Position numbers and translations under genes: made by a program. The notes below the pieces were generated by a model. The model was not told where the DNA came from. It was given only the letters and a program-made list of their open reading frames with translations, and searched no databases. Below, piece after piece: positions 38,943 through 50,970 of a DNA stretch of 64,000 nucleotides. The DNA lies in assembly GCF_006345805.1 (NCBI RefSeq), contig NC_043004.1, positions 1,488,001 through 1,552,000 on the forward strand. The letters are read 5' to 3'. Source of the stretch: Octopus sinensis. Lineage: Eukaryota. Positions within the stretch are counted from its first letter, which is position 1. The number at the start of each line of letters is the position of its first letter.

Positions 38943-39573
38943 ACACACATGTGTGTGTGTGTGTGTACGCTATTATTAATGCGTAATATAATAATAGTAG
39001 TTTATTTTTGTATTTTATATATGTTATATATTAGATATGGAGTGGGGTATAAAATCGGATATACCGATTTGCATAAAGGAAGCATTTTCTGCTGGTCTCC
39101 AATCAATGATTTACAAACGCATTACTTGTGTTTGATATTTATTTCATGCACGTAAAATCACACGTAGAAAGGAAAATGGAGACTTGTAGATCAATCGGAT
39201 GAATCATAATGTTGATAAGTTATGTACGACCGATATGAGAAATGAACGAATATGAAAGTACGAAATATAACAGCCATTAGTTAAAACGGAACTCCATGTC
39301 TTATCAATGTTCCATTGCTTCATTTAAATTTACTAAGAAGAATTTGTTAATATGCATTTAGCTGGTAAACCGTTAAGACTTCTTATTAAGGCAATTATTT
39401 GTAACCTGGAGTTAATTTATTTAAAATTAGGAAAAAACAACTTGTTAATAAATTAGTCGCAACTCTTGGAATAAAGTTTTTGCTTCATATTTAATCAGAA
39501 CGGAAAAGCTGTCAATTAAAAAATTACTTTTTTCAAATCTCACAACGAGAGATATTCAGCAACAGTACTTTGT

Positions 39574-39804
39574 AGTAAAGATTGTTTGCCAACATAACAT
39601 GGCAGTACTGGTTTAGGATGAATGTTGCTGTAATTTAGCCCCAGGAGACATCGTCTCCAGCTGGCTATACGACACAGACCGTGTCATATAGCTGGTTGTA
39701 AGGACATAGATCGTGTCGTATAACCAGCTGGAGATGATGCTAAATTACAGCAACATTCGTCCTAAGCAAGGACTGCCATGTTATGTTGGCAAACAGTCTT
39801 TACT
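39574..39804. repeat. About 230-bp imperfect fold-back (MITE-like)
   Basis: agtaaagattgtttgccaacataacatggcagt.. / ..actgccatgttatgttggcaaacagtctttact. Confidence 0.85.
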
Positions 39805-40239
39805 GAAAAGCTATGATTGAAAAAACAACGGAGTGTATTTTTTGTTAAGGCTGCAGATTGGCAGAATCGTTTGAGCATTGGATAAAGCTGTCTAGCAATA
39901 TTTGTTCCGGGTCATTTTTCTTCTATTTTCAATTTTGCTTTTCATTCTTCTTGGGTCGATAAAATAATCTACTGGTCAAGCACTAGGAGGGATGATATCG
40001 ATTAAACCTCTGCATGACAGGGCATAACAGTCATGGCTTTATTATTATTATTATTTTCTCTTTATCACCGATTTTGTTGGAACTCCTGGAGTCTTCCATG
40101 CGTAGCGGGCTTACTACCTGTAGCCTACGGTACCGTGTTATTTGTTCTTTTCAGCTATCTAATTCTTCCCTCATTATTCTGGCCGTACCAAGGAGGCAAA
40201 CATTTTGTTACAGTTATACTTGGCACTCTATTCCAAATT

Positions 40240-40392
40240 CTTCTTCTTCTTCTTCTCTTCTTCTTCTTCTTCTTCTTCTTCTTCTTCTTCTTCTTCTTCT
40301 TCTTCTTCTTCTCTTCTTCTTCTTCTTCTTCTTCTTCTCTTCTTCTTCTTCTTCTTCTTCTTCTTCTTCTTCTTCTTCTTCTTCTTCTTCTT

Positions 40393-40423
<31 letters not shown>

Positions 40424-40457
40424 TTATTATTATTATTATTATATTATTATTATTATT
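40240..40457. repeat. (CTT)n(ATT)n compound microsatellite
   Basis: Direct reading. Confidence 0.98.
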
Positions 40458-41002
40458 GAGTGAGAGAGCAGTGCATGCCATCAAAGTGACACTGGGGTAA
40501 AATATACGAAGCCCAATATACCCATCATGACTACCCGTCTGATAAAGGTACACCAGGCACATGCATCACAACCATATGTACGCGACATGGTGATCTCATA
40601 TCAAGATAAACAGCACATGACCTTGCAGGTGGGGCCCAGTTAGAATTTTCTTCAGGTTGAGTAGCCCATCCCGCTCAAACGGTCCTTGAATAAGGGTTGT
40701 TTAAGGATGTTGAAAGAACCACCCATGTTTCCAGAGGTGAATTATCCAAACCCCAAAGAATCCCTCTCAACACATGGCTATGATGCTCCCCCACTACTTC
40801 TGCTCGTGATCAGAGATGCACATATTGTCAGCCACTAAGGGACATGCTCAACTGGTTAAGGTCAAACAACTGACAAGCAAATCTGTGGTATTGAGCAGCA
40901 TATTTGCTGTAGCCCATCTTTTATACCAAGACAAAACAATGTACATGATAACACTTCCAATCAGTTAAGATCAGAAGCCATGAGAGCCACTGCCTGGTAC
41001 TG

Positions 41003-41003
<1 letters not shown>
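40458..41003 (-). mobile_element. About 540-bp non-coding interspersed repeat (family R) within (AAT)n
   Basis: Near-identical copies at 25078-25606, 55606-56134 and partial 56896-57066; orientation inferred from the ..ctctcactc(AAT)n tail. Confidence 0.75.
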
Positions 41004-41049
<46 letters not shown>

Positions 41050-41065
41050 TATTATTATTATTATT

Positions 41066-41373
41066 CTATTGTCTTTGTACAGCTTCTAACGCTGGAGATA
41101 TTCTATGATATCAGCTGCTCACTACCAGTGAACTAAGGTATCACACTTTATTTTTCGAACACCTTCCGGAGAATTCGAGCGGTTCCAAGCAGTGCTATTT
41201 TCTGCAAGTGCTCCACCCTTATTGCAGCCCCTATTTGTTCCATGTACTTCTCTAAGTTTTTACTCACTGTTCCCAGGGCTCCGACAATTATTGGTACTCC
41301 TGCCACCTTTTTAATCGACCACAACTGCTTAAACTCATATCTATCGACTTTTCTTTCTTCTTTATCGCATACC
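41066..41373 (-). mobile_element. 5'-truncated R4/Dong-type 3' end flanked by (AAT)n on both sides
   Basis: KEERKVDRYE..QLWSIKKVAGVPIIVGALGTV..LQKIALLGTARILRKVFEK*. Confidence 0.8.
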
Positions 41374-41427
<54 letters not shown>

Positions 41428-42266
41428 GAGTTCTTGTTGCGTATGAGGGCAGATACCTATTTTTCCATTAAATTTAGTTGTTTGTTTGGGGAAAATATTT
41501 TCAACATTATTTAACTGTCATTCATTGTTTTACGGTGAAACATTTTCTGGTAGACGTGATTTAATAGGATGTTTGCGTCGATGAGAACTTAAAAATCATT
41601 GTCCTATTGATAGTAGAGTGGGATAAGTCAATCAAAGTTGTGGTTTCACTTTTATTTGTGATTCCTTGTTTGCGATTGAATCATATTATCTAAGCCGCTA
41701 TTCTTTGTCAATCCACATGTCTGAGATTATTTATTAGTTAACATTTTGACGAGAGAGAAATGCTGGTCATCCTCTTCAGCCCTCTTAAATTATAAGTCCA
41801 CTGCAAGACAAGAATTGTACTCTTTGGAACTAAAAGCAAGCGCTAAGCCAATCGTTATGGCTGCAGGAATATCAGGTGCATTAGCAGCAAGGAAATATTG
41901 ACATATCCGTAATTTCCTCACTTGCTTGTCCATATGGTATGTATAATTATTATCGGGTGCAGCCACGATTGCCTGAGCATCTGATTTGCCGCATCAAACA
42001 TTGCTGATGCTTTTCAAAAAAGTGTCTAAGAAGAGGAATTTGGGGCATGTTCGAAAAGTAGGAGCGAAAAAATTATGCTCACATACACATACGCGCACAG
42101 AAGCGTACGCACGCACACACACAAACGCTCTTTTTCTCTCTTTCTCTCTTCATCTCTCTCTCTCTCTCTACTGAAAAGAATAGAGTAATAAATAAATATT
42201 AATGTGTATGTGAGTGTGTGAGTATCTCTGTATGCGCGTAGTATATGAATATGCATATATGTGAAT

Positions 42267-42334
<68 letters not shown>

Positions 42335-42979
42335 GTGTGTGCGTACACATATGCATCTATATATGCTTACATATGCATAAACAAATATATATACATGCAC
42401 ACATATACATACATATATAATTATATACACAATAGATACAGACGCACACATACGCAAGTATGTATGTATATAAAAATAGATTCCTAAGCGCTCAGCTCTA
42501 TCTCTGTCTGTCTGTCTGCTGTAGATAGAAACTCTATAGAATAAGTTTATAAATAAACTAAATTTTTCTTCGACTTCGTTTATGACGTCATAAGAGACTT
42601 AAATAATGGCAGTGCTTTTAATGTTTTTTTTATTCGTATCGAGTTTCCGGCAACAAAAACTTTATGCAGTCACCAGGAGGTAAGAAGTGTTCAAATATAG
42701 AGACTTTGTTTGTCATTAGATATTCTTTATTTTTCAATGATTTCTTTCTAAATGTTTCTTTTTTTGTAATGCTTATATGATTTTCAAGAAACTAAATAAT
42801 TTTATGAAGAAGATTAGGTTTCTAACCTTTTAGAAGATGAAATTTACGAATTGTCTGACTTCATACATAAACATGTCTCGGGTAAATATTTTTAACCGAA
42901 AAAGTGAGACAGAAAAGGAGAGGGTCCGCATTTCTGTTATTGCTTGTCTTTCTCTGTCGCTATCTCCCTCTTTCTCTCA

Positions 42980-43012
<33 letters not shown>

Positions 43013-44529
43013 TTTCTCTCTCTGTTTCCCACCTCTTCACATCCCTCATTCGTAGCAAACATATGCATTACATTTATCCGAAGACCATCTAACATTTCAT
43101 TTACCTCTTTACTTCTTATGAATGTTTAACTTAACCCCACGAATTCTACCCCGAATTCATCTAGCAAACATCCACCTTTCAAAACCAGTGATAAAAGCAT
43201 CTAAGCATCTTAATTCAGCCATGTTTTGAAGCTTCCGGCGTTGAAGTAGTTTAACAGTCTCTCTTAATGTCTGACTGTCGTACATTAATCCCAGACTGGA
43301 TCATCTGGCATTCATCTTCTATGAAATGTGTACCAGTAATATTCTTCGAACATATCGCTTAAGTATATTTATTATCTTACATGATCCAATCCAACGAAAT
43401 CCCAACGTTTTGCTTGTTAATTTAAAGCGAAACTCACTGCCTTTCATTTTCAGTAGATTATAAAAACATTTTCTATAGTGTATGATAGCAAAAGATAGTC
43501 CGGCTCTCCACAACTAATCACCCGAATGGTCAATTTAAAATATCGATTAAATAAGTATTCGATGTATCAGTCAGATAAAATCTACTGTATTTGGTCTATC
43601 TTCTTCAGAGAAATTATTCTATATATCAAATTATCCACTCACTTTAGATAAGGCTGTGCATGTCGACGGTTTTCTCTTATCGATAAGGCTTAGTAAGACT
43701 TTAGGTCACTGCAACTGATGTTGTAGTGGCTTATTGAGAATCAGCGAATGTATGTATGTAGGTGTGAGAGCGCATATATTGTGTATGCGTGTGTACATAT
43801 TTGCATGTTTGTATGTATGCGTGTGTGTGTGAGTGTGTGTGTAAACGAGGTTAAAAGATCAAGTACATTGAGCGAAATACACATGTGAGCGATATCAGTT
43901 GAACACAGTACGACATATTTCTATATTTCTATAAGAGGATTATCTACCAATACACGGAAGTGATGGTAGACAACACGAAGCTGGAGGTAAGGTTCCACAA
44001 GCTGAAATTTTGCCGCTTTAAAAGCATCTTCCTTCAGAACGACACGACTGCACATGAGAGTGCTAAATGAAGGGCCGGTATCACTGTGTTCAAGTATTTC
44101 ACTGGGTTCTATAATCCCATTGATACCCACTCACCTCTTGAGTGGGTACCAATAAGCAATTACTTCTGAATTACATAGTTACCAGTAGCAGGGATTCATC
44201 AGCCTATGATGGAATTGAACTTGTCCAGACGATAAAATACTACGTGTAACTTATTGAAGTTAACCCCCTTAATATATATACATGTACCCTACAACATAAG
44301 TTATACGACTAAGGGATAAGAATCTTAATGGCCGTGTATAGAGGGAAAACAATCAGTTTTCCCTCTATACTAAATCTAAGGATATAATTCTTGAAACAAC
44401 AATAGTTTCTTGAACTAAACAATAGTTTGTGGGATGAGTTACTAGGTTATTAGATACTGAATTTGAACCTCTCACTGTGAGGTAAGAACAGTATTTTATA
44501 ATACAGTTCTATATTTAAGGGATGAGGAA

Positions 44530-44835
44530 TTATGTACATTATTTACATTATTTACATTTGACGGATATTTTTGTCCTCATCTTGTTTGTTAACACTACGT
44601 TTCGGCTGATATGCCCTCCAGCCTTCATAATAATAATAATAATAATATTAATAATAATAATAATAATTATAATAATAATAATAATAATAATAACATCGAA
44701 AAATACATTAGGAATGCGAATCCAGGTTCGAAAATACCCCAAGACACCTGATGAAGGCTGGAAGGTATATCAGCCGAAACGTTGTGTTGACGACAAACAA
44801 GATGAGGACAAATATCCATCAAATGTAAATAATTT
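44530..44835. mobile_element. H2-family element in head-to-head inverted arrangement around (AAT)n
   Basis: 44553-44627 is the reverse complement of 44752-44833; the left arm breaks inside the CTGATGA core. Confidence 0.7.
44742..44788 (+). ncRNA. Minimal type-I hammerhead motif (family H2)
   Basis: AGACAC-CTGATGA-A-GGCTG-gaaggtatat-CAGCC-GAA-ACGT-T/GTGTT; palindromic ACGT in place of stem III. Confidence 0.75.
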
Positions 44836-45290
44836 AAACTTAGGTTTTTATATAAATATACAAACACCCAGATTTTCATATACTAAAACAAAATTTAAGA
44901 ATAGTTTCTTATTAATGCATAAATTATGTTGGACATTTATGTCCATGATGCTTTGCAATGTAAAACAGCAAAGCTAGACATCGAAATGATGCGAGAAATA
45001 AAAAGGAAACTAAGAATGTCGACGTATACAGCCGTTATTTGATGTATTAAGTGTTGAGCAAACCAATCAATTAGACTGAATTTAACAAACATTACCTGGC
45101 CTTCTCGTGTCAGTTAATCAAAGTAGTCGCAGTATTTTATACCAGAGCAATACGGTTAATGAAACTGTTGTGGTTTTTCGACTTGCTAAAAATTTTTTTG
45201 TGAATCCTAGCATTTAGGTGTGGATTATCCAAACGCTGTTTTTCCAAATCTTTACTATCACTACTGTGTTCTTAATATCTATGTAAGAAC

Positions 45291-45740
45291 AAGGCGGCGA
45301 GCTGGCAGAAGCGTTAGCACGCCGGGCGAAATGCTTACCGGTATTTCGTCAGTCGTTACGTTGTGAGTTCAAATTCTGCCGAGGTCGACTTTGCATTTCA
45401 TCGTTTCGTGTCGATAAATTAAGTACCAGTTGTGTACTGAGGTCGATCTAATCGACTGGCTCCCTCCTCCAAAATTTCGAGTTTTGTGCCCAGAGTAGAA
45501 AAGTATATCTATATAAGAACTAGGTTTGTCAGCTGGCAGAATCGTTAGCAGGCCGGAGGAAACGCGGCCAAGCTTTTCGTCCGTCTTCAGGTTCTGAGTT
45601 CAAATTCGTCCGAAATATAGACTTTGCTTTTTATCTTTTCGGGGTCGATAAAATAAATACAAGTTGATCACTGGGGTCGCTGTAATCGTCGACTAAGACC
45701 CTCCCTCGAAATAGCTGGCCTTGTGACAAAATTTGAAATC
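45291..45740 (+). mobile_element. Two SINE family A copies; the first has a 16-bp TSD (1 mismatch)
   Basis: ATATCTATGTAAGAAC 45275-90 / ATATCTATATAAGAAC 45505-20. Confidence 0.85.
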
Positions 45741-46179
45741 AATATGCCTTTTGCTTATTGCAGGCATAACATGTTCATGATCACTTTACATTTTACGAGA
45801 CAGCTCAAAGGTAAAATTGCTTGCCTTCGTGACCTAAATGCAGGGAATCTGTACCCTGTCGTCTTAAAATGGAAAGAACTCACCGAATACTGGTGATCAT
45901 TCTTTTTGTGTTAGGAAGTTACAGTTCATAGAACTATTAGAATATAATCTTATCAGATGTAAATGGGATTACTATTATGGTAATGAGTTAGCATTTTTTA
46001 AAACATAATTGTGGATACCTCAGTAAACATCTTTGAGGAATAATTTTAGTCGGGTTATTTTCAAATATAACATAGTATGATATATAGCCAAGTGTTTGGA
46101 AAAGAAGGTTTGTTGCATGTACGATTTTAATTTTCTATGCAAATTTTGTTGCAGTTATAATAACAATAACAATAATATA

Positions 46180-46590
46180 GGCGCAGGAGTGGCTGTGTGG
46201 TAAGTAGCTTGCTTACCAACCACATGGTTCCGGGTTCAATCCCACTGCGTGGCATCTTGAGCAAGTGTCTTCTGCTATAGCCCCGGGCCGACCAATGCCT
46301 TGTGAGTGGATTTGGTAGACGGAAACTGAAAGAAGCCTGTCGTATATATGTATATACATATATATGTGTGTATGTGTATATGTTTGTGTGTCTGTGTTTG
46401 TCCCGCTAGCATTGCTTGACAACCGATGCTAGTGTGTTTACGTCCCCGTCACTTAGCGGTTCGGCAAAAAGAGACCGATAGAATAAGTACTGGGCTTACA
46501 AAGAATAAGTCCCGGGGTCGAGTTGCTCGACTAAAGGCGGTGCTCCAGCATGGCAGCAGTCAAATGACTGAAACAAGTAAAAAAAAAAAA
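46180..46590 (+). mobile_element. SINE family B, near consensus
   Basis: ggcgcaggagtggctgtgtggtaag..gcagtcaaatgactgaaacaagt. Confidence 0.9.
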
Positions 46591-47334
46591 TCTTTTATTA
46601 GCCAGAGGGGCATCACAATGACAGACAGAAATTTATGCGGGGATTTACATAAAGGATGGGGCGAAAGAAATGGAAAAGGCAGTGAAATGCGATAAAAGTA
46701 TACGGAGTATGCAAAATATGTGATAACATAATTGATGCAGTCTTCCTGATACTGGGGAAACTCCAGCTAGGGCAAATCCTGAGCATCACAATAACAACAA
46801 GTACCCAATCTCTCTCTCTCTGTCTCTCTCTCTCTATCTATCTCTTTCTATCTCTCTATCTGTCTGTCTGTCTCTCTCTCTGATACGGTTGTACACCCAA
46901 CGATGTTTTTGTTATCTTTCCTCTTCATTTGTAATGTTTCGATTTTACCCGGTTTGTTTAAATTTGCTGAGCATTGAGCTTTTTAAACATGTTATATACG
47001 ACTCTAAGAGTTTATTCCTGTCCATTGGTAGTTTTGTTTTTGCTTTAAAGTGATAGACCTTCGCAATTCTTATATATTTATGGCACTGCGTATATGATCC
47101 GTCTGTATATAAATGTACCATGGTTATGAATTCAAAGGCTGAAATCTAGAGAAGAAACTCAGAGAAACCCGTACATTCAAAATGTATCAATACAAAACAT
47201 TCAATATAAACGCATACCCACGGATATAGGGAAATATACATACCTACATACATGTATACATGCATACATACGTACGTACGTACATACATACATACATACA
47301 TACATACATACATACATACATACATACATACATT

Positions 47335-47491
47335 ATATACATTTGACGGATATTTGTCCTCAACTTGTTTGTTGTTAACGCGTTTCAGCTGCTATACCCT
47401 CCAGCCTTCATCAGGTGTTTTGGGGAAATTTCGAACCCGGATTCTCATTCCTAAGGTATTTTTCAATGTTATTATTATTATTATTATTATT
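47335..47491 (-). mobile_element. 3' part of an inverted H2 element with degenerate HHR (its 5' part is 48713-48732, separated by an R4-type insertion)
   Basis: Reverse complement reads (aat)n-aacattgaaaaataccttagg..cacCTGATGAaggctgg..agctGAAACgcg; the stem-I 3' strand is deleted. Confidence 0.7.
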
Positions 47492-48695
47492 GTTTTTTCT
47501 TCTTTCTTCAAATTTTCATCCATTTCTCACCGAGTATTTTCCGTACACCTAGGGCAGAGAAGCTCATTGTATGCATTCCCAGACTACACACGCAAATTCA
47601 CAGGTAAAATATGTATTTTAAAAAAATTAATAAATGAATAATTTCATGAATGGATGTTGTTTTCACAGCGATGATGCTCTTCTCAGTACATGAGTCGTTC
47701 CAGTTAACACGACTTTTTGCACCTCCTGTAGGGATGGTAAGCCTGGTATCATTTTCAAATAGGTTTCAGTAACTTTTTTTTATCATTCCTAGAGATCCTA
47801 CAATCACTGGCACTGTAGTCGCCTTGAGATGCCACATTTTTTCAATTTCTATTATATTTACTGATCTTGTCAAATTCTTTCGCCGCTATATTGTGATCGC
47901 AAGGAATACTCAACTTCTTCCATTAGGAGTGTATTTTCAATGGTTATTTTTTTCTTTCCCTATTTCCCTGTAAAATGATTTGTCATTGGATTTGAACGTC
48001 TTATTTTGCTTGTAGTATTTCATTCTTTTCTCAAATCTGCGTATTCTCTGAGCTTTTGCTTGAACTTTTTGTTTAAGTGTTTCTTTCGTTGACATTAGTT
48101 CTTCTCTTGTTGAGTGTCCATATTTTCTCACAATCTTCCTGCCTTTTCTTGATCTTACATCATTTCCAGAGATTAGCTCAGTTAATATTGATATCTCCCT
48201 TCGCAATGATTCAATCTCAGGTTCAATTCTACTCCTCCAGTTTGATATTCTTTTCGAATTTTGTATTGTTGGCTTTTTGGGTGTTAAACAGCGTCTTCCG
48301 ATTACCTTAGCAACAGATTACCTTATAATTTCATTTAACTTATTAAGATCAGGTTTTAGTTGTTATAAGATTTGTGTCACGCAGTTGCCATTTTTTATTT
48401 GTGTTTTATGTTGATGTGCATTTGAGAGTTTATGGAGTGGTTCCCTATCATTCATATTCGTATGCCCTACAAATGCGAGCTCATTCAGAACTTACTGCTT
48501 CATTTCAATGATAGATTTTCAGTGTTGTTCAGCAAATATGTGGTCTTCAAATTCTGTTTCGACATCATTTTCATGTCTGTTTTTCTAGGGTCATTATATT
48601 TTCCTTTTTCTTCGGGCTCTTGAGTGGTTTCGGCAGATGGTCGCCTTTCAGTCAATGCTTGTGGTTCAACATTCCTCTCCTCTGCTTCGTTATTT
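47492..48695 (-). mobile_element. Internally deleted R4/Dong-type RLE retrotransposon inserted in a (TAA)n tract
   Basis: N-terminal NWRSRIEPEIESLRREISIL..LKQKVQAKAQRIRRFEKR joined near 47935 to C-terminal IPCDHNIAAKEFDKISKY..VPVIVGSLG..VLTGTTHVLRR*; RT absent. Confidence 0.8.
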
Positions 48696-48737
48696 CTTCT
48701 TCTTATTATTCTTATTCAGGTCACTGCTTGGAACCGT

Positions 48738-48864
48738 AGGTATATGCTGTAGTGGTTAAGAACGCTGGCTACTAACCCCAAGATTCCGAGTTCGAATCCA
48801 AGCAGTGACCTGAATAATATTAACAATAATGATGATGATGATGATGATAATAATAATAATAATA

Positions 48865-48902
<38 letters not shown>

Positions 48903-49040
48903 TTCAAAAATACCTTAGGAATGAGAACTCTGTTTCGAAATTTCCCCAAGACACCTGATGAAGGCTGGAGGGTATATCAGCCGAAACGTTGTGTTAAGAA
49001 TAAACAAGATAAGGACAAATATCCGTCATATGTACATAAT
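48738..49040 (+). mobile_element. tRNA-headed SINE-like element with (AAT)n linker and HHR-containing tail (family H2)
   Basis: A-box TAGTGGTTAAG (48750-60), B-box GAGTTCGAATCC (48788-99), (AAT)n, body shared with the 44.7-kb copy, HHR at 48949-48995. Confidence 0.65.
48949..48995 (+). ncRNA. Minimal type-I hammerhead motif (family H2)
   Basis: AGACAC-CTGATGA-A-GGCTG-gagggtatat-CAGCC-GAA-ACGT-T/GTGTT. Confidence 0.75.
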
Positions 49041-49056
49041 CACTCATCTCTTAAAT

Positions 49057-49127
<71 letters not shown>

Positions 49128-49256
49128 TATAAAAAATTGTAGAAGTGTGTGAAATGTGTTCAACTTTGGAATGAAGTTGATCTGAGGCAAATCTCTTTCG
49201 CCTTTATTCGCCTATTTTACTTCCAACTATCTTATCATTGGCAACAGAACATCACT

Positions 49257-49298
<42 letters not shown>

Positions 49299-49554
49299 GT
49301 GTATATATATATGAGTGTGTGTATGTGTGTGTGCGCGCGCGTTTGTGTGTGTGTGTGTGTGTGAATTTATGTATGTATATATGTATGTTTTATTTATGTA
49401 TTCTCATGCATATAGTTGCATATCTAGACATGCTATTATATACTTGAATGATAAACTTCTGGAAAATTTTTACACACTTTTACAGTTCCAGTCATTGATT
49501 GAATCTGTAGTCTTCGAATTAGCGTTCTCCTTTCTGGTTTTGAGATGTCTAATT

Positions 49555-50700
49555 TCTTACGATTACAGGGCCTCAATAATTACAGGTATAAACCTGAACT
49601 TGTAATGTGGATTGAAAACTGCAGATTTCTTAATAGTTCAGCATAGGTATTTCCTTTTTCTCTGATCTTCAGCTTTATGTTAACATCCGCTGGGCAGCTA
49701 ATTACCACAACTGTGCACAGTTTCTCTTCTCTATCCCAAATTATTATATCAGGTCTGTTGTGAACGCATCTTATTGAGGTCTTCACTGGCACATTCCACC
49801 AGTACTCCTTTTTATTATGAGTGGCAATGGTTTCTACCATATTGTGGGTCTTATTTCTTTGTCCTCGGGATTATCCTTCCGATGGATTTCATTATAGAGT
49901 GTCCTAGTTTCAACATCATGTCTCATTTGTAGATAATACCGTGATGACATTTTCGGATAACTGCCTATGTTGTGTGTGATATCTTCAGTGTGAACTCCAC
50001 AAAGTCTGCATATGTTGTCACATTTTACGGCTTTACCTGCATCTCTATCCCTTTTGTACATCAGGTACTTGGTTGATATTTCCTATTCCTGGATTGGAAA
50101 CGCATTCTCTTTAAAGTGGGAGTTAGTAATCCGGCTATTGGTCCATAATAAACTCCTTTGATGATCGATGTTACTATCATCACGAAGCTTTCTACTAATA
50201 TATACATGCATAGTCTTCTGCTCATATAGGCTCATCCTTTCATCTGCTGATACGTTGTGGTAGAGTCGTGCGACTTCTTTGGGCATGTATTCTAGGTTAT
50301 CAGACAAAGCCTGTTGCTCAAGGAGCTACCTTCCAAGACTTGTGATGTTATCAGCCTCGTGTATATAAACGTAGTCAAGGGATGCATTTCGACAGTTGGT
50401 GGTTAAAAGATATTACCGAAGGGATATGATGCGATATTCAAAGGCATTTCGGATCGATGTTAAGCCTATGCCGCCTTGTTTTCGTTTTAGGTATGGGCCG
50501 TCTACGTCAGTATTTTTAAGTGGAAAATAACGTGTGCTTGTTAGTATTTTTCGGGTTTTCACATCAATGGCTCGGATCTTATCAAGCGTCTAATTAAGCA
50601 ACCCAAATGTTGGTATGAGTACTGGGTCTGCAAACACATTGTGGGCCACTATGTTATTGATTACAGTGAGTTCTGAGGTCCAACTTATCTTATTCGGCTG
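49555..50700 (-). mobile_element. R4/Dong-type non-LTR retrotransposon fragment (post-RT, CCHC knuckle, RLE), many stops
   Basis: HNVFADPVLIPTFG, IDVKTRKILT, GGIGLTSI, CRLC..RHD, NRPDIIIWD..SCPAD..K motifs. Confidence 0.88.
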
Positions 50701-50823
50701 TATGCATGTACGTATGTATGCATGTATGTACGTATGCATGCATGTATGTATGTATGCATATATGTAAATACATATATATGTATTATACATGTATGTATAT
50801 GTATGTGTATCTATGTATCTATG

Positions 50824-50886
<63 letters not shown>

Positions 50887-50911
50887 GTATGTATCTATGT
50901 ATGTATGTATG

Positions 50912-50970
<59 letters not shown>

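Noticed and set aside
41795-41905. IVMAAGISGALAARKY resembling a Rossmann GxGxxG motif
   Set aside because: First Gly is absent and a stop follows immediately; no supporting exon structure
43921-44130. GIIEPS..YHHFRV resembling a gypsy RT start
   Set aside because: Spacing is too short and the intervening RT motifs are missing
44120-44152. 10-bp GC-containing hairpin as a Helitron 3' end
   Set aside because: No CTRR terminus at the expected distance on either strand
46180-46260. tRNA-like sequences (also at about 1930, 2750, 48745, 59850 and 63130)
   Set aside because: A and B boxes are present but there is no complete cloverleaf, and they continue into SINE bodies; these are SINE heads, not tRNA genes
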